Virus record (IMG/VR): IMGVR_UViG_3300023179_000146
Coordinates: 1 to 52,520 of that record
Direction: 5' to 3' (one strand)
From: a virus
Lineage: Duplodnaviria; Caudoviricetes
DNA: 52,520 bases
In this document: piece by piece, positions 30,482 to 39,821 of the stretch
Layout of the letters: the number at the start of each line of letters is the position of its first letter
How positions within the stretch are numbered: position 1 is the first letter of the stretch
Position numbers and translations under genes: made by a program
The notes under the pieces: model-generated
Told to the model about the DNA's origin: nothing
The model's database searches: none
Seen by the model: only the letters and a program-made list of their open reading frames with translations

Positions 30482-33451
30482 TTATAAGTTTATTTTGTTA
30501 TTACTCGCTGTTCTAACATTGTTCTTTAAACCTGGTAGACCTAATATTTGTTCTAACTTGGCATCTAAGAAAACCGTTTTATCTTCTATTTTAAGAAAAA
30601 CTTTAACTTCATCTTTCAGATTGAATTGCTTATTTGATTCTTTCGGTTTAGACTCAGAAAAAACCTGTGTTACATCAGCCTTGAAAGATTTATCCTTTTG
30701 TAGTTTATTTTCAGAAAGATTATAATTTAATTCTAACAATTCAACGGTTCCCGGTTTTTTCATGCGTGGTAAAGTACCTTTTATATTAGAGGTTCCAAAA
30801 AACCAACTATCTAAAACTAAAAACCATACTTTAGTTTTAGATGTGTCTTTAAGTAAATAATAAAAATATTTAGTTTTACCATCTATATTTAGTTTAAATA
30901 TCAGACCTTTCATATCGTCCTGTTCTCTCAAGTAATCCCTAAGAGTAGTTTCTTGTTTATCTGAAATTTGAGTCCAGTTAAAAAACCCACAACTTGTCTG
31001 ATTTGGTAAATCATCAGCAGTATTTCTATTTTTTTTAACATCATTAAATCCAACAAATGATAATCCGCCTGCTTTTTTTATCGCGTTATCATCGATACTG
31101 AAATACTCATTCAAAAATTGTTGTAAGTTATTACCACCCTCACCTCTCTGAGATGAATACATTGATGAGTCATTCAACAATCTTGTAATAAATCTCAATA
31201 GTATTTTACCGAGAGGTTTATTAATTTGCTTCTTTTCATCTTTTTCTGCTTCAAGAATTAATTTTTGATTAGTATCAAAACTATAACTATCACGAACACC
31301 CCCAATAATTTGTGATTTACTTATTAGAGCATCTTTCTTTTTATCTTTATACTCCCAACTAAAAGTTGCGTCTTCGCTGAATATAGTTGTTGTGTATTTT
31401 GTGTTAGATAAAATTCCCATTACAGCATCATTCCATTTTTCATATAACTCGATATTTCTCCAAGGTCCATAACCCGGCTTTTCCGCCTCACCCGGCGTTC
31501 CCGTACCAAGATACTCATATTCTAAATAAACAGACATTGAAACTTTTCCACCTGTTCTTCCAGAAGGTATAGTTGGAACGGTGTGTAATCTCCAAGCTCT
31601 TTGAAATAATCTCACAATCTCCATAATAGAGTCTGAATTTCTGAGAACTATGTTGTCAGTTGTTTTACCCATATCTTTGATATCCTGAACTTGAGTTTCA
31701 GTAAATTGAAATTTATCTTGAATATCTTCCGTAAATAAATCATTGAACTTACTAGCTATAGCATCGTAATTAACTGCCTCATTAATTTTTCTAAAACCTT
31801 CATATCTTAACAAAGATTCTTTCTTCACTTCTTCTTTCTTTTCTACTTTAGATGTTATATTACTAATATCACTGGATAATTCTTTACCATCTTTACTCAT
31901 AAAGAAAAATTTATCTCCTTCAATTTTAGTGATTTCTTTTTCACCCTCACCACCATCTTTCAACTTATATTTAACAACATCTCCAACTTTGTATTCTGTT
32001 TTCTTTTCTTTAAAGCCTTCTTCAGAAACAACTCCTTTCATACCATTCAAAATATCAGAAAGAGATTTATTATATTTTTCGATAGACTTTCCAAAATCAC
32101 CCATAGCAGAATAAAGATTTTCTGTCTTTTTAGGATTAAGAGTCAATGGATTATCTTTGTCATTGAATTTCAAAGAAGTATAAGAAAATCTTGCAATCTT
32201 TTCAGCAATAATACTCAATTTAGATTTATCATTCAATATATCAACACTTTCTTTAAACAACGGTGTCTTATCGGGATTTAAAGTATCTTTTCTTTCTCCA
32301 AGTAGGTAGCTATAAATAATCTTATAAAGATTCTTAACTGCCTCAATCGTTTCTTTTTTATTCTTATCTTTTAATATCTCATCAATAAATTTACCATCTA
32401 CAGCTATACCCTTTATTTTAGAATCAACCAATTGTGCTGATGCTTTTCTAAAGTTTTGCAGAGCTGAAACAGCACTCACTTCTGCTTTCTTTATAACAGA
32501 AGAAGCTGTCGTCTTAGTAGCAACATCCTCAAAAATATATGATTCATTTGTTACTTGTAACAATTTATTATCTACCACTTTAGTTGGTGATGTTTCATTA
32601 TAATTACCAGAATCATCAAGAAAAACTACAAAAGATGTATTAGGTTGTAATTTATTCTTCTGAACATCATCATCGGTTCTCCATTTTTTATCAGGACCTA
32701 TTTTCATAACATTTGTATTAGAAACACACAGAACCTTACTTTTCTTTGGACCTTCAATCAATAAATATTTCTTTCCAGGTTGAACTTTGACCTGAGAGGG
32801 TACTGGTGTTTTAGAAGGTTCACCCTCAATAGAAACATATTTCAGTGTATCTAAAACTCTTTTTAAATCCTGTAAATTAAGAATCATTTGAGCATAAGTG
32901 ACTTTACCAACAGACCCACCACCACCAGCACCGACCTGACCAACTTCTTCAACCTCAGCACCCTCTTCACTACCTTCTTCACTACCACCTTCATCTTCTA
33001 ATCCTTGAAGAAACTCTCTAAATTCTTTTAATATTCTCAATAGTTCATCTTGGTCTTCTAAGTTATAACTTGTGACTTGTCCTTCAAGAGTTACAACTTT
33101 ACCGATTAAATCTGTGACATCTTTTTCTTCTTCAATTGCTGTGGCCAAGTCACCAATTAAATAACTGGTTGTTACAATTTCTTGAACACCATAAGGTGAT
33201 TCAATCTTTGAAGTTTCTAACATTTCATCAAAAAGAGCCTTTAGACGGTTACTAAGAGAGTCAATTCTTTTTAAATTGAACTTAATTTTAACTTTTCTTG
33301 CTATAGAATTAATCATTTTACCAACCCAAGAATCGCCCCAATTGACATCATTTGAAAAAGCCTCATTTGATTTTGGAATTCCAGTATATTTGCTATATCT
33401 TTGTGTTCTAAGTGTGTCTAAGTATTGTTCTCTTGTTAGAATCTTATTCAT
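30482..33451 (-). CDS. Large Lys/Glu-rich putative internal head protein, paralog A (989 aa)
   Basis: TTATATATA at 33477-33485; acidic linker; internal LLRYEGFRKINE tag-like motif. Confidence 0.7.
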   Translation of the reverse strand: MNKILTREQYLDTLRTQRYSKYTGIPKSNEAFSNDVNWGDSWVGKMINSIARKVKIKFNLKRIDSLSNRLKALFDEMLETSKIESPYGVQEIVTTSYLIGDLATAIEEEKDVTDLIGKVVTLEGQVTSYNLEDQDELLRILKEFREFLQGLEDEGGSEEGSEEGAEVEEVGQVGAGGGGSVGKVTYAQMILNLQDLKRVLDTLKYVSIEGEPSKTPVPSQVKVQPGKKYLLIEGPKKSKVLCVSNTNVMKIGPDKKWRTDDDVQKNKLQPNTSFVVFLDDSGNYNETSPTKVVDNKLLQVTNESYIFEDVATKTTASSVIKKAEVSAVSALQNFRKASAQLVDSKIKGIAVDGKFIDEILKDKNKKETIEAVKNLYKIIYSYLLGERKDTLNPDKTPLFKESVDILNDKSKLSIIAEKIARFSYTSLKFNDKDNPLTLNPKKTENLYSAMGDFGKSIEKYNKSLSDILNGMKGVVSEEGFKEKKTEYKVGDVVKYKLKDGGEGEKEITKIEGDKFFFMSKDGKELSSDISNITSKVEKKEEVKKESLLRYEGFRKINEAVNYDAIASKFNDLFTEDIQDKFQFTETQVQDIKDMGKTTDNIVLRNSDSIMEIVRLFQRAWRLHTVPTIPSGRTGGKVSMSVYLEYEYLGTGTPGEAEKPGYGPWRNIELYEKWNDAVMGILSNTKYTTTIFSEDATFSWEYKDKKKDALISKSQIIGGVRDSYSFDTNQKLILEAEKDEKKQINKPLGKILLRFITRLLNDSSMYSSQRGEGGNNLQQFLNEYFSIDDNAIKKAGGLSFVGFNDVKKNRNTADDLPNQTSCGFFNWTQISDKQETTLRDYLREQDDMKGLIFKLNIDGKTKYFYYLLKDTSKTKVWFLVLDSWFFGTSNIKGTLPRMKKPGTVELLELNYNLSENKLQKDKSFKADVTQVFSESKPKESNKQFNLKDEVKVFLKIEDKTVFLDAKLEQILGLPGLKNNVRTASNNKINL

Positions 33452-33501
33452 AAACTCTGAGCGATTTTATTTTCAGTATATATAAAATTCTAAACATCTT
33501 T

Positions 33502-33532
33502 TTTGTATTTTGAAAATTATTGATTATATTTG
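33502..33532 (+). promoter_or_regulatory. Bacteroidota-type primary-sigma promoter (-33 TTTG / -7 TAnnTTTG)
   Basis: TTTG 33502-33505, 19-nt spacer, TATATTTG 33525-33532, upstream of ATG 33559. Confidence 0.65.
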
Positions 33533-33558
33533 TATAACAAACAACAAAATCATCTATT

Positions 33559-33942
33559 ATGAGCAAACTTTATAAAGACAACTTTTTAGCTTTACACTTA
33601 AACAAGTTTAACTCAGTTGAAGAGTTTGATAGGGTCTTAACAGACAATGGGCTAACTAATATCGATCCAAAAGCTATGTTCGAAATGAAAAATGAAGGAT
33701 ACACTAAAGTTTTCTTCGATACCGAAACTGGCCGAATGGTTGGTTTCTGTCACAATACCTTAAAAAAACAAGTTAAGTTCACTGATAATTTCATAAGCCA
33801 ACTCAGAAATCAAAAATCTATCGATTTCATAGCAGAGCCAACCGACTTATCAATCGACACTATACTTGATAAAATCAGTTCTAAAGGCCTAGACTCACTG
33901 AATCGTTATGAAAAAGCTTTTTTAGAAAACAACTCTAAATAA
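33559..33942 (+). CDS. Hypothetical protein with C-terminal DUF6576-like motif
   Basis: IDTILDKISSKGLDSLNRYEKAFL; monocistronic with its own promoter and terminator. Confidence 0.7.
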   Translation: MSKLYKDNFLALHLNKFNSVEEFDRVLTDNGLTNIDPKAMFEMKNEGYTKVFFDTETGRMVGFCHNTLKKQVKFTDNFISQLRNQKSIDFIAEPTDLSIDTILDKISSKGLDSLNRYEKAFLENNSK

Positions 33943-33963
33943 ATTATTCTTAAAAGTAATGAC

Positions 33964-33991
33964 AAACCCAACCCAAAAGGTTGGGTTTTTT
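33964..33991 (+). terminator. Intrinsic terminator
   Basis: AAACCCAACC-caaaa-GGTTGGGTTT followed by a T run. Confidence 0.82.
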
Positions 33992-34073
33992 ATTTTTTCT
34001 AAAAAAATCCATATCTTCTCCAAATTAGTTTTGTAACATCAATATATAACTTAATAATTTTGGTTAAACCGTT

Positions 34074-34373
34074 ATGAGATATACCGAACTAGTGATTGAT
34101 GGTAAATCATTCAAATCACAAAATGAAATTCTTAAACAATTACTCCTGAAAAAGTTTTATTGGCTCTTAGACTCTGAAATCGAGAATGCTAAAATAGAGA
34201 TTAAAAATGATACTCTGATTTGGCATTCAGGGGATTTCTACTCTGGAGACTGGGAATATGGCATTTTCAAATCAGGTAATTTCTATGGAAATTTCATAAA
34301 TGGAATATTCGAAAATGGAAATTTTAAAGGGAAATGGCAATCTGGTATCAATTTAAAATCTGAAAGGATATAA
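34074..34373 (+). CDS. Hypothetical protein with G-x-(F/W)-x-x pentapeptide-like repeats
   Basis: WHSGDFYSGDWEYGIFKSGNFYGNFINGIFENGNFKGKWQSG. Confidence 0.7.
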   Translation: MRYTELVIDGKSFKSQNEILKQLLLKKFYWLLDSEIENAKIEIKNDTLIWHSGDFYSGDWEYGIFKSGNFYGNFINGIFENGNFKGKWQSGINLKSERI

Positions 34374-34389
34374 AAAACAATCAATTAAC

Positions 34390-34839
34390 ATGAAAAAGAA
34401 GAAAGTAGCTGTCATGAGACCAAACAATGTTTGGAACTCTGAAATGATTAAAATCGGTCAAGATTTTAATGGTTATTATTTCGAAATAGGAATGGAATTA
34501 ACTAATGATTTAGCAGAAGCAGTAGCAATTTTGATGAGATTGAAATCTAAATGGAACGATGAAATTTGGAATTTAGAAATATCAGAAATCGACTACTATA
34601 ATATCGAACCTTCAAAATGTTTATATTGGTTGACTGGTGGAGACAAAGAATGGGGAAGGGAAGAAAACTATAAAAAATACTGGCACGAAGTTCAATTAGA
34701 ATTTCAAGAAGAGTTTGGTGTTCTAATAATATCTATCTTGAAAAAATCTAAAACTTTAAAAGATGTGAGAACAGGATTCTTAAAATATCTGAATCTAGCA
34801 ACACTTTACAACTTCGCAATTGAGAAAGGAATAGCTTGA
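34390..34839 (+). CDS. Hypothetical protein
   Basis: 149-aa ORF followed by a terminator. Confidence 0.68.
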   Translation: MKKKKVAVMRPNNVWNSEMIKIGQDFNGYYFEIGMELTNDLAEAVAILMRLKSKWNDEIWNLEISEIDYYNIEPSKCLYWLTGGDKEWGREENYKKYWHEVQLEFQEEFGVLIISILKKSKTLKDVRTGFLKYLNLATLYNFAIEKGIA

Positions 34840-34842
34840 AAT

Positions 34843-34881
34843 AAAAACCCAGTCAAAAATGACTGGGTTTTTTAATATATA
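34843..34881 (+). terminator. Terminator fused to the next late promoter box
   Basis: AAAAACCCAGTCA-aaaa-TGACTGGGTTTTTT runs directly into TAATATATA (34873-34881). Confidence 0.78.
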
Positions 34882-34886
34882 GTATT

Positions 34887-35750
34887 ATGAATGCTCATTT
34901 CATCGACTTAGATATAATATTAAATACTGAATCAAAACCTTGGATTGTTTCTAAGGAGAAACCTAATATTCCAATTTTAAAAATAGAACCTTCTGATTTT
35001 AAACTTTTTCAATCGGGTATTTACCGAAATCAAAATAATAAAATTGAATTCAACGGTAAAACGTTCTGGTTATCTAATGAGTTTATGAATAAAGTTAAAT
35101 TATCTGCAAAAAAATATAGAGCCGATGTTTCTAACTTGGCCATTTCTCTACAAGAATATCTTAATCCACAGTTGATAGAAAATATTCCATTTGAAATTGA
35201 TTTATCTATCTTCAATCAAATCATTAATACAGATGATGATATTTATATCATCTGCTCTAAAAACACTAAAAGAAACTACCAAAAGCAAATTGATAAATTA
35301 GAAGAAGATTTGAAAGAAAAAGGATTAAAAGTAAAACAATTTTATTACATATCTGAGACTTTTATGAATAGAAATGAAGACGATATTTCCAATTTAAAAG
35401 TAAAACTAATTTTACAACACCTAATTGGTCTCAAAACCGAAGGTGATAAAATCATAAATAAAGAAATATCTGACTATACCAAAATTACCTTTTATGATGA
35501 TTCTAAATCAGCTATAGAACTGGCTAAAAGAATAAACCACGTATTAGAATCACTACTAATCAAAACTGAAAAAGAGGTCAAATTAAAGGTCAAAGATAAA
35601 ATTCAAAATGTTGATAATGTTTTGATTGTAAAAGAGTACACACATAATAAATCGAAAAGATTCAATGAGACTATTGTTGAATTAGAATATACAAATGTGA
35701 TTAAAAACTTTGAAAGTTTTAACTTTTCTTTTTCAAAAGGGCCTCGTTAA
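34887..35750 (+). CDS. HAD-fold-like protein (possibly degenerate)
   Basis: HFIDLD (motif I-like), IICSK and ITFYDD (motif IV-like); tag-like VIKNFESF near the C-terminus. Confidence 0.55.
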   Translation: MNAHFIDLDIILNTESKPWIVSKEKPNIPILKIEPSDFKLFQSGIYRNQNNKIEFNGKTFWLSNEFMNKVKLSAKKYRADVSNLAISLQEYLNPQLIENIPFEIDLSIFNQIINTDDDIYIICSKNTKRNYQKQIDKLEEDLKEKGLKVKQFYYISETFMNRNEDDISNLKVKLILQHLIGLKTEGDKIINKEISDYTKITFYDDSKSAIELAKRINHVLESLLIKTEKEVKLKVKDKIQNVDNVLIVKEYTHNKSKRFNETIVELEYTNVIKNFESFNFSFSKGPR

Positions 35751-36342
35751 TCATATCATTCAATTTCTTAGAATCAACAACTTGTCCGTCATCATCTGAA
35801 CCGATTGAAGGTGTTTCTGGATTACTTTGCTTCATCTTATCAGCTACCTCCATTAGATCACCTCTAAAATCTTTATAAAACTTCTCTAAATCACTTCTCA
35901 TCGTAGATGCAAATTTAGAGTTTTCACGAACCTCTCTAATAGTCTGGTTTATAACCTCGTGCATTCTAGCTGAATTATCACCATTATCTACTTGTCTCAA
36001 TTGTGAAAGAAAGTTCTTACGAGTCATCTTCTGTAAGAAAAGAGTTTCAGCATAAACCATAGCATCTTCTTTCATCTTATTTCTGATATAAGCATTGTGT
36101 TTTAACTCTGGAAACTCACCTAAATAAAGATCAACCAAAGACTCAAGCACTTCCATACCCTTTTGTGTCACCATTGTTAGATCGGCATCATAATCGTAAA
36201 GTTCAATCTGCCCTAAATCAGGCAGGTCATCAATTGTTGCCAAGTGTTGACTGATATCAAATTCTTTATTCTCTTCTTGAATTAAATCAAATTCATCTGT
36301 TAATCTATTTTTCTCTTTTTCCAATTTTGACTGTGTTCCCAT
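35719..36342 (-). CDS. Terminase small subunit, T4 gp16-like
   Basis: DNGDNSARMHEVINQTI resembles gp16 DSPRHMEV; divergent from the large terminase. Confidence 0.6.
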   Translation of the reverse strand: MGTQSKLEKEKNRLTDEFDLIQEENKEFDISQHLATIDDLPDLGQIELYDYDADLTMVTQKGMEVLESLVDLYLGEFPELKHNAYIRNKMKEDAMVYAETLFLQKMTRKNFLSQLRQVDNGDNSARMHEVINQTIREVRENSKFASTMRSDLEKFYKDFRGDLMEVADKMKQSNPETPSIGSDDDGQVVDSKKLNDMINEALLKKKS

Positions 36343-36401
36343 ATGTGAGTGTATTATTTGTATATATATGTAAAGTATATAGTAAAAAGTTTATTTCCTT
36401 T

Positions 36402-38501
36402 ATGTCAAAACAGATAATATGGAACACAAAAATGATAGAAGAAGCCGCTGATAATATCAATAATGGTTTCGTTCTTAGTAGAATACAAAATCCATTCTAC
36501 GAAAATACAATTGGTCTAAGAAAAGCTGGCTTAACATTTCGAATGTCAGCAGTTGAAATAGATGAATATGTAAAATGTAAAATGGATGTACATTATTTTG
36601 CTGAGAAATATTGCTGGGTCAAAGGTGAGAAAGGAGAGCCAGTTAAATTAAAACTCAGAGATTATCAACAAGAAATCCTTGATAACTTCTTTAATAATCG
36701 TTTTAATATTTTAATGGCTTCCAGACAAACAGGTAAAACCATTTCATCATCAATTATGATGTTACACTTTGTTCTTTTCAATAATAATAAAAACGTTCTT
36801 GTAACAGCTAATAAATTGGACACAGCAGTTGAAGTTCTGGATAAGATGAGAGAGATTTATCAAAGACTACCATTCTTTCTTCAGCAAGGTATTCTTAACT
36901 GGAATCAAAAGTTTATGGTATTTGAAAACAAAAGTAGGATTAAAGGTTTCGCAACCACAAAAACGGCATCTATCGGTCAGTCTGCCGACTTTCTTTACTT
37001 AGATGAGTTTGCTTACCTTCCGGATAATATTGCGGATAAGTTCTATAAATCGGTATTTCCAACCATTGCTAACATCGAGAACTCTAAAATTATCATCACA
37101 TCAACACCGAATGGATTTAATCTGTTTCATAAACTTCTTATGGAAGCTGAGAAGCCAGAAGGTGAAAAGTCATCTTATGTAGCAAAACGGGTTTATTGGT
37201 GGCAAGTTCCGAAAAGATTTGTGACTTATGTAAGATTACTACCTAAAAAGTTAGAAGAGTTTAATATAACAACCGAACAAGTTTTAGAACATCTAAAACA
37301 GAGATTTCCAAACAATAACTCTGAACTCGATTACAATGACGAAATTAAGAAATGGGTAATAACTATCTTTAATTCAATTGATTGTTCAGAAGATGATATC
37401 ATTAGGGAATCAATCGGTGAAATCAAACTACCACAAATAGCCGAAATAACTACTTGGAAAAAAGAAACAATTAAAGATATTGGAGGAGAAGAAGCTTTCA
37501 ACCAAGAGTTCGATTTAAGATTCATCAATTCTTCTAGAAGTTTATTGGATGAAGCTTTGATTGAAGAATTGACAAGAAATAAAAAACAATTTGAGTGGAA
37601 ACCAATTGAGGAGTTTGATAGAAAGTTAAGATTTTCTTATCAAGACTTGAAATGGTCAACTGATGAATCTGTTTATAATCCTCAATTGAGAAAAGACTAC
37701 AAAATTTTACTATCTATTGATGTCGCAGAAGGATTAGGTTTGGACTACTCAGTAATCAATATCTTTAAAATGGTTCCTAAATCAATTGATTTGATTAACT
37801 CACAAAAGGCTAACTATAAAGATGTTTTAGACTTTGTTAGGTTGGAGCAAATTGGTATTTATAGATGTAATATCGTATCAGTAGCAGATTTAGCTGAGAT
37901 TGTTTATCTCTTAGCTTTTGAACACTTCAATTCAGACAATGTTAAATCGGTTTTAGAGGTCAATACTTATGGAAATGAATTATTAGCACATCTACCAAAT
38001 GTGTTTGGAGGTAACAATGATTATGGCTCTGGTGTATTCTTTAGATTTAAACATCGTGTTGATGCTTTAGATGAAAAAATTGGTCTCAAAGTAGGTGAAA
38101 ATAAAAATTTAATGGTCAAAGACTATCAAGACCGTTTACACAATAGGTCTATCATTGTCAGTGAACATGAAACCATACAAGAAATGACCACATTTATTAA
38201 ACATACTACATCTGCTGGTAATGTTAGGTATGCTGCTGATGGTTCATCACATGATGATACAGTAATGACAATTGTTAACTTAACTGCGATTTATGGTAAA
38301 AATGATTTTAAAGGTATTGTAGAGGACTTATTTGAAAACTTAGGCAATACCGAAATTAAGAATCTAATAGATGAAGTCTTAAAAAGAATTGAATACACTG
38401 AAGGTGTTGACTACAAACAACTATTGGATGTCAGAAGAAAACATCTAACATCCAGTAGAAGAATTCAAGAAGCAAGAAAAGGTTGGGGTTTAACCGATTA
38501 G
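36402..38501 (+). CDS. Terminase large subunit, T4 gp17-like
   Basis: LRDYQ, Walker A SRQTGKT, Walker B YLDEFA, ITSTPNG, nuclease IDVAEGLGLDYS and HDDTVM. Likely start ATG 36402. Confidence 0.96.
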   Translation: MSKQIIWNTKMIEEAADNINNGFVLSRIQNPFYENTIGLRKAGLTFRMSAVEIDEYVKCKMDVHYFAEKYCWVKGEKGEPVKLKLRDYQQEILDNFFNNRFNILMASRQTGKTISSSIMMLHFVLFNNNKNVLVTANKLDTAVEVLDKMREIYQRLPFFLQQGILNWNQKFMVFENKSRIKGFATTKTASIGQSADFLYLDEFAYLPDNIADKFYKSVFPTIANIENSKIIITSTPNGFNLFHKLLMEAEKPEGEKSSYVAKRVYWWQVPKRFVTYVRLLPKKLEEFNITTEQVLEHLKQRFPNNNSELDYNDEIKKWVITIFNSIDCSEDDIIRESIGEIKLPQIAEITTWKKETIKDIGGEEAFNQEFDLRFINSSRSLLDEALIEELTRNKKQFEWKPIEEFDRKLRFSYQDLKWSTDESVYNPQLRKDYKILLSIDVAEGLGLDYSVINIFKMVPKSIDLINSQKANYKDVLDFVRLEQIGIYRCNIVSVADLAEIVYLLAFEHFNSDNVKSVLEVNTYGNELLAHLPNVFGGNNDYGSGVFFRFKHRVDALDEKIGLKVGENKNLMVKDYQDRLHNRSIIVSEHETIQEMTTFIKHTTSAGNVRYAADGSSHDDTVMTIVNLTAIYGKNDFKGIVEDLFENLGNTEIKNLIDEVLKRIEYTEGVDYKQLLDVRRKHLTSSRRIQEARKGWGLTD

Positions 38502-38779
38502 TTTTCCTCAAGAGTCGCACAAAGACCAGCATTCACTAACTTCTCTTTCATGATTGAAAGTTTTTCAAAATCACCATATTTGACATCACACTCACCTTTA
38601 AAGTGAACGATATGAGCACATTGATTAGCCTGTTCATACTCATGTCCACAAATTTTCATTAGACAGGTGATTACCCAATCAAACGAATTGTAATCATCAT
38701 TTCCGAGAACTAGTTTCCAAGGTTGAGATAAAATCTGATCAACTTCTGATTTAGTTTTCTTTTTAGTAATTGTTGCCAT
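38498..38779 (-). CDS. clpS: ATP-dependent Clp protease adaptor ClpS
   Basis: LVLGNDDYNSFDWVITCL...EQANQCAHIVHFKGECDVKYG; the N-degron-binding N-D-D and H residues are present. Confidence 0.88.
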   Translation of the reverse strand: MATITKKKTKSEVDQILSQPWKLVLGNDDYNSFDWVITCLMKICGHEYEQANQCAHIVHFKGECDVKYGDFEKLSIMKEKLVNAGLCATLEEN

Positions 38780-38780
38780 A

Positions 38781-39302
38781 TTATTTAGTCGAGTTTATAA
38801 TTTTTGGAGTTTTATCTGATTTTGTAACATCTATGATTTCAACACGACAAGGTTGAAATCTTGCCCAAGTTTCAAATTGAACAAGGTGATCGTGTCTATC
38901 ATCATACATGACAAAAACTTCTGGTTTATATTTATTAATTAATTCTTCAAAAAGTTTAGTTTTGAACTTGTAGGTTTCACCACCCCAGTTACACTGAACT
39001 AAATCAAATTCAAGATTGTGTGATTTCAAAACTTTCTCAACTTCTCTTTGTAGTTTAAGAAGGCGTCCGGTTGCCAAAATTACCATAGTATCGTCCTCAG
39101 CGACTGCTTCTAGATACTTTTTATAAACAAATGGATTGACCGGAATATTGAAAATATTCATATCAAGTGTTTCTTTCTTAGACCACCAACCGGTATAAGG
39201 CCAAACTGTGCCGGTCTTTTCTTTCCATATTTTTTCACCTTCTATTGGTTCAGGAGTGAAACATATAGTTCCATCAAAATCAAAGCTGACTATTTTTTTC
39301 AT
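38781..39302 (-). CDS. HAD-superfamily phosphatase (Swiss-Army-Knife RNA-repair HAD-like)
   Basis: SFDFDGT, WWS, LATGR, FK and MYDDR motifs. Confidence 0.8.
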   Translation of the reverse strand: MKKIVSFDFDGTICFTPEPIEGEKIWKEKTGTVWPYTGWWSKKETLDMNIFNIPVNPFVYKKYLEAVAEDDTMVILATGRLLKLQREVEKVLKSHNLEFDLVQCNWGGETYKFKTKLFEELINKYKPEVFVMYDDRHDHLVQFETWARFQPCRVEIIDVTKSDKTPKIINSTK

Positions 39303-39366
39303 CAAAATGAAGAGTTAATTTATAGATATATATTAAGTAGGCTAATATACAAAAAATAATTAAAAA

Positions 39367-39819
39367 ATGAAAACATTATTCAAAACATTATTTATGAAGT
39401 CAGATTCAGAAACTCTAGACATAAAATCCATAATGATTGTAGTTCTATTTGTCATAGCTGGTATATTCTTTACTCAATGGTATTTCGGTGGAGAGAGTCA
39501 CAGAAAAGAAAGAAAAGCTCTTGAGAAACAAAACAAAGAACTACAAAAACAAAAAGAAATTTTAGCGAAAGACTTTAACACACTTCAAAAAAAATTTGAA
39601 AAAGATTCAACAGACTTGGTGAGAATACAAGCTGAAATAAAAGTCTTAGATGGTAAAATCAAAGATAAAGACGCTCAAATTGATAAGGCGAATAAAGATT
39701 TGAAAGATTTCAAAGCTGGTATTTCTAAAACCAAATCAGAAATTAAAGATTTAAAAGATCACCCAATTAAAAGAACCGGTAATAGTCTTTTAGAATCTAT
39801 AAAAGAAAAAACTAAATAA
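39367..39819 (+). CDS. Membrane-anchored coiled-coil protein (i-spanin-like)
   Basis: One N-proximal TM (IMIVVLFVIAGIFFTQWYF) followed by a long heptad region. Confidence 0.55.
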   Translation: MKTLFKTLFMKSDSETLDIKSIMIVVLFVIAGIFFTQWYFGGESHRKERKALEKQNKELQKQKEILAKDFNTLQKKFEKDSTDLVRIQAEIKVLDGKIKDKDAQIDKANKDLKDFKAGISKTKSEIKDLKDHPIKRTGNSLLESIKEKTK

Positions 39820-39821
39820 TT

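Noticed and set aside
37212-37454. Intein in the terminase
   Set aside because: No N-terminal Cys/Ser or C-terminal His-Asn splice motifs; kept as a plain insertion.
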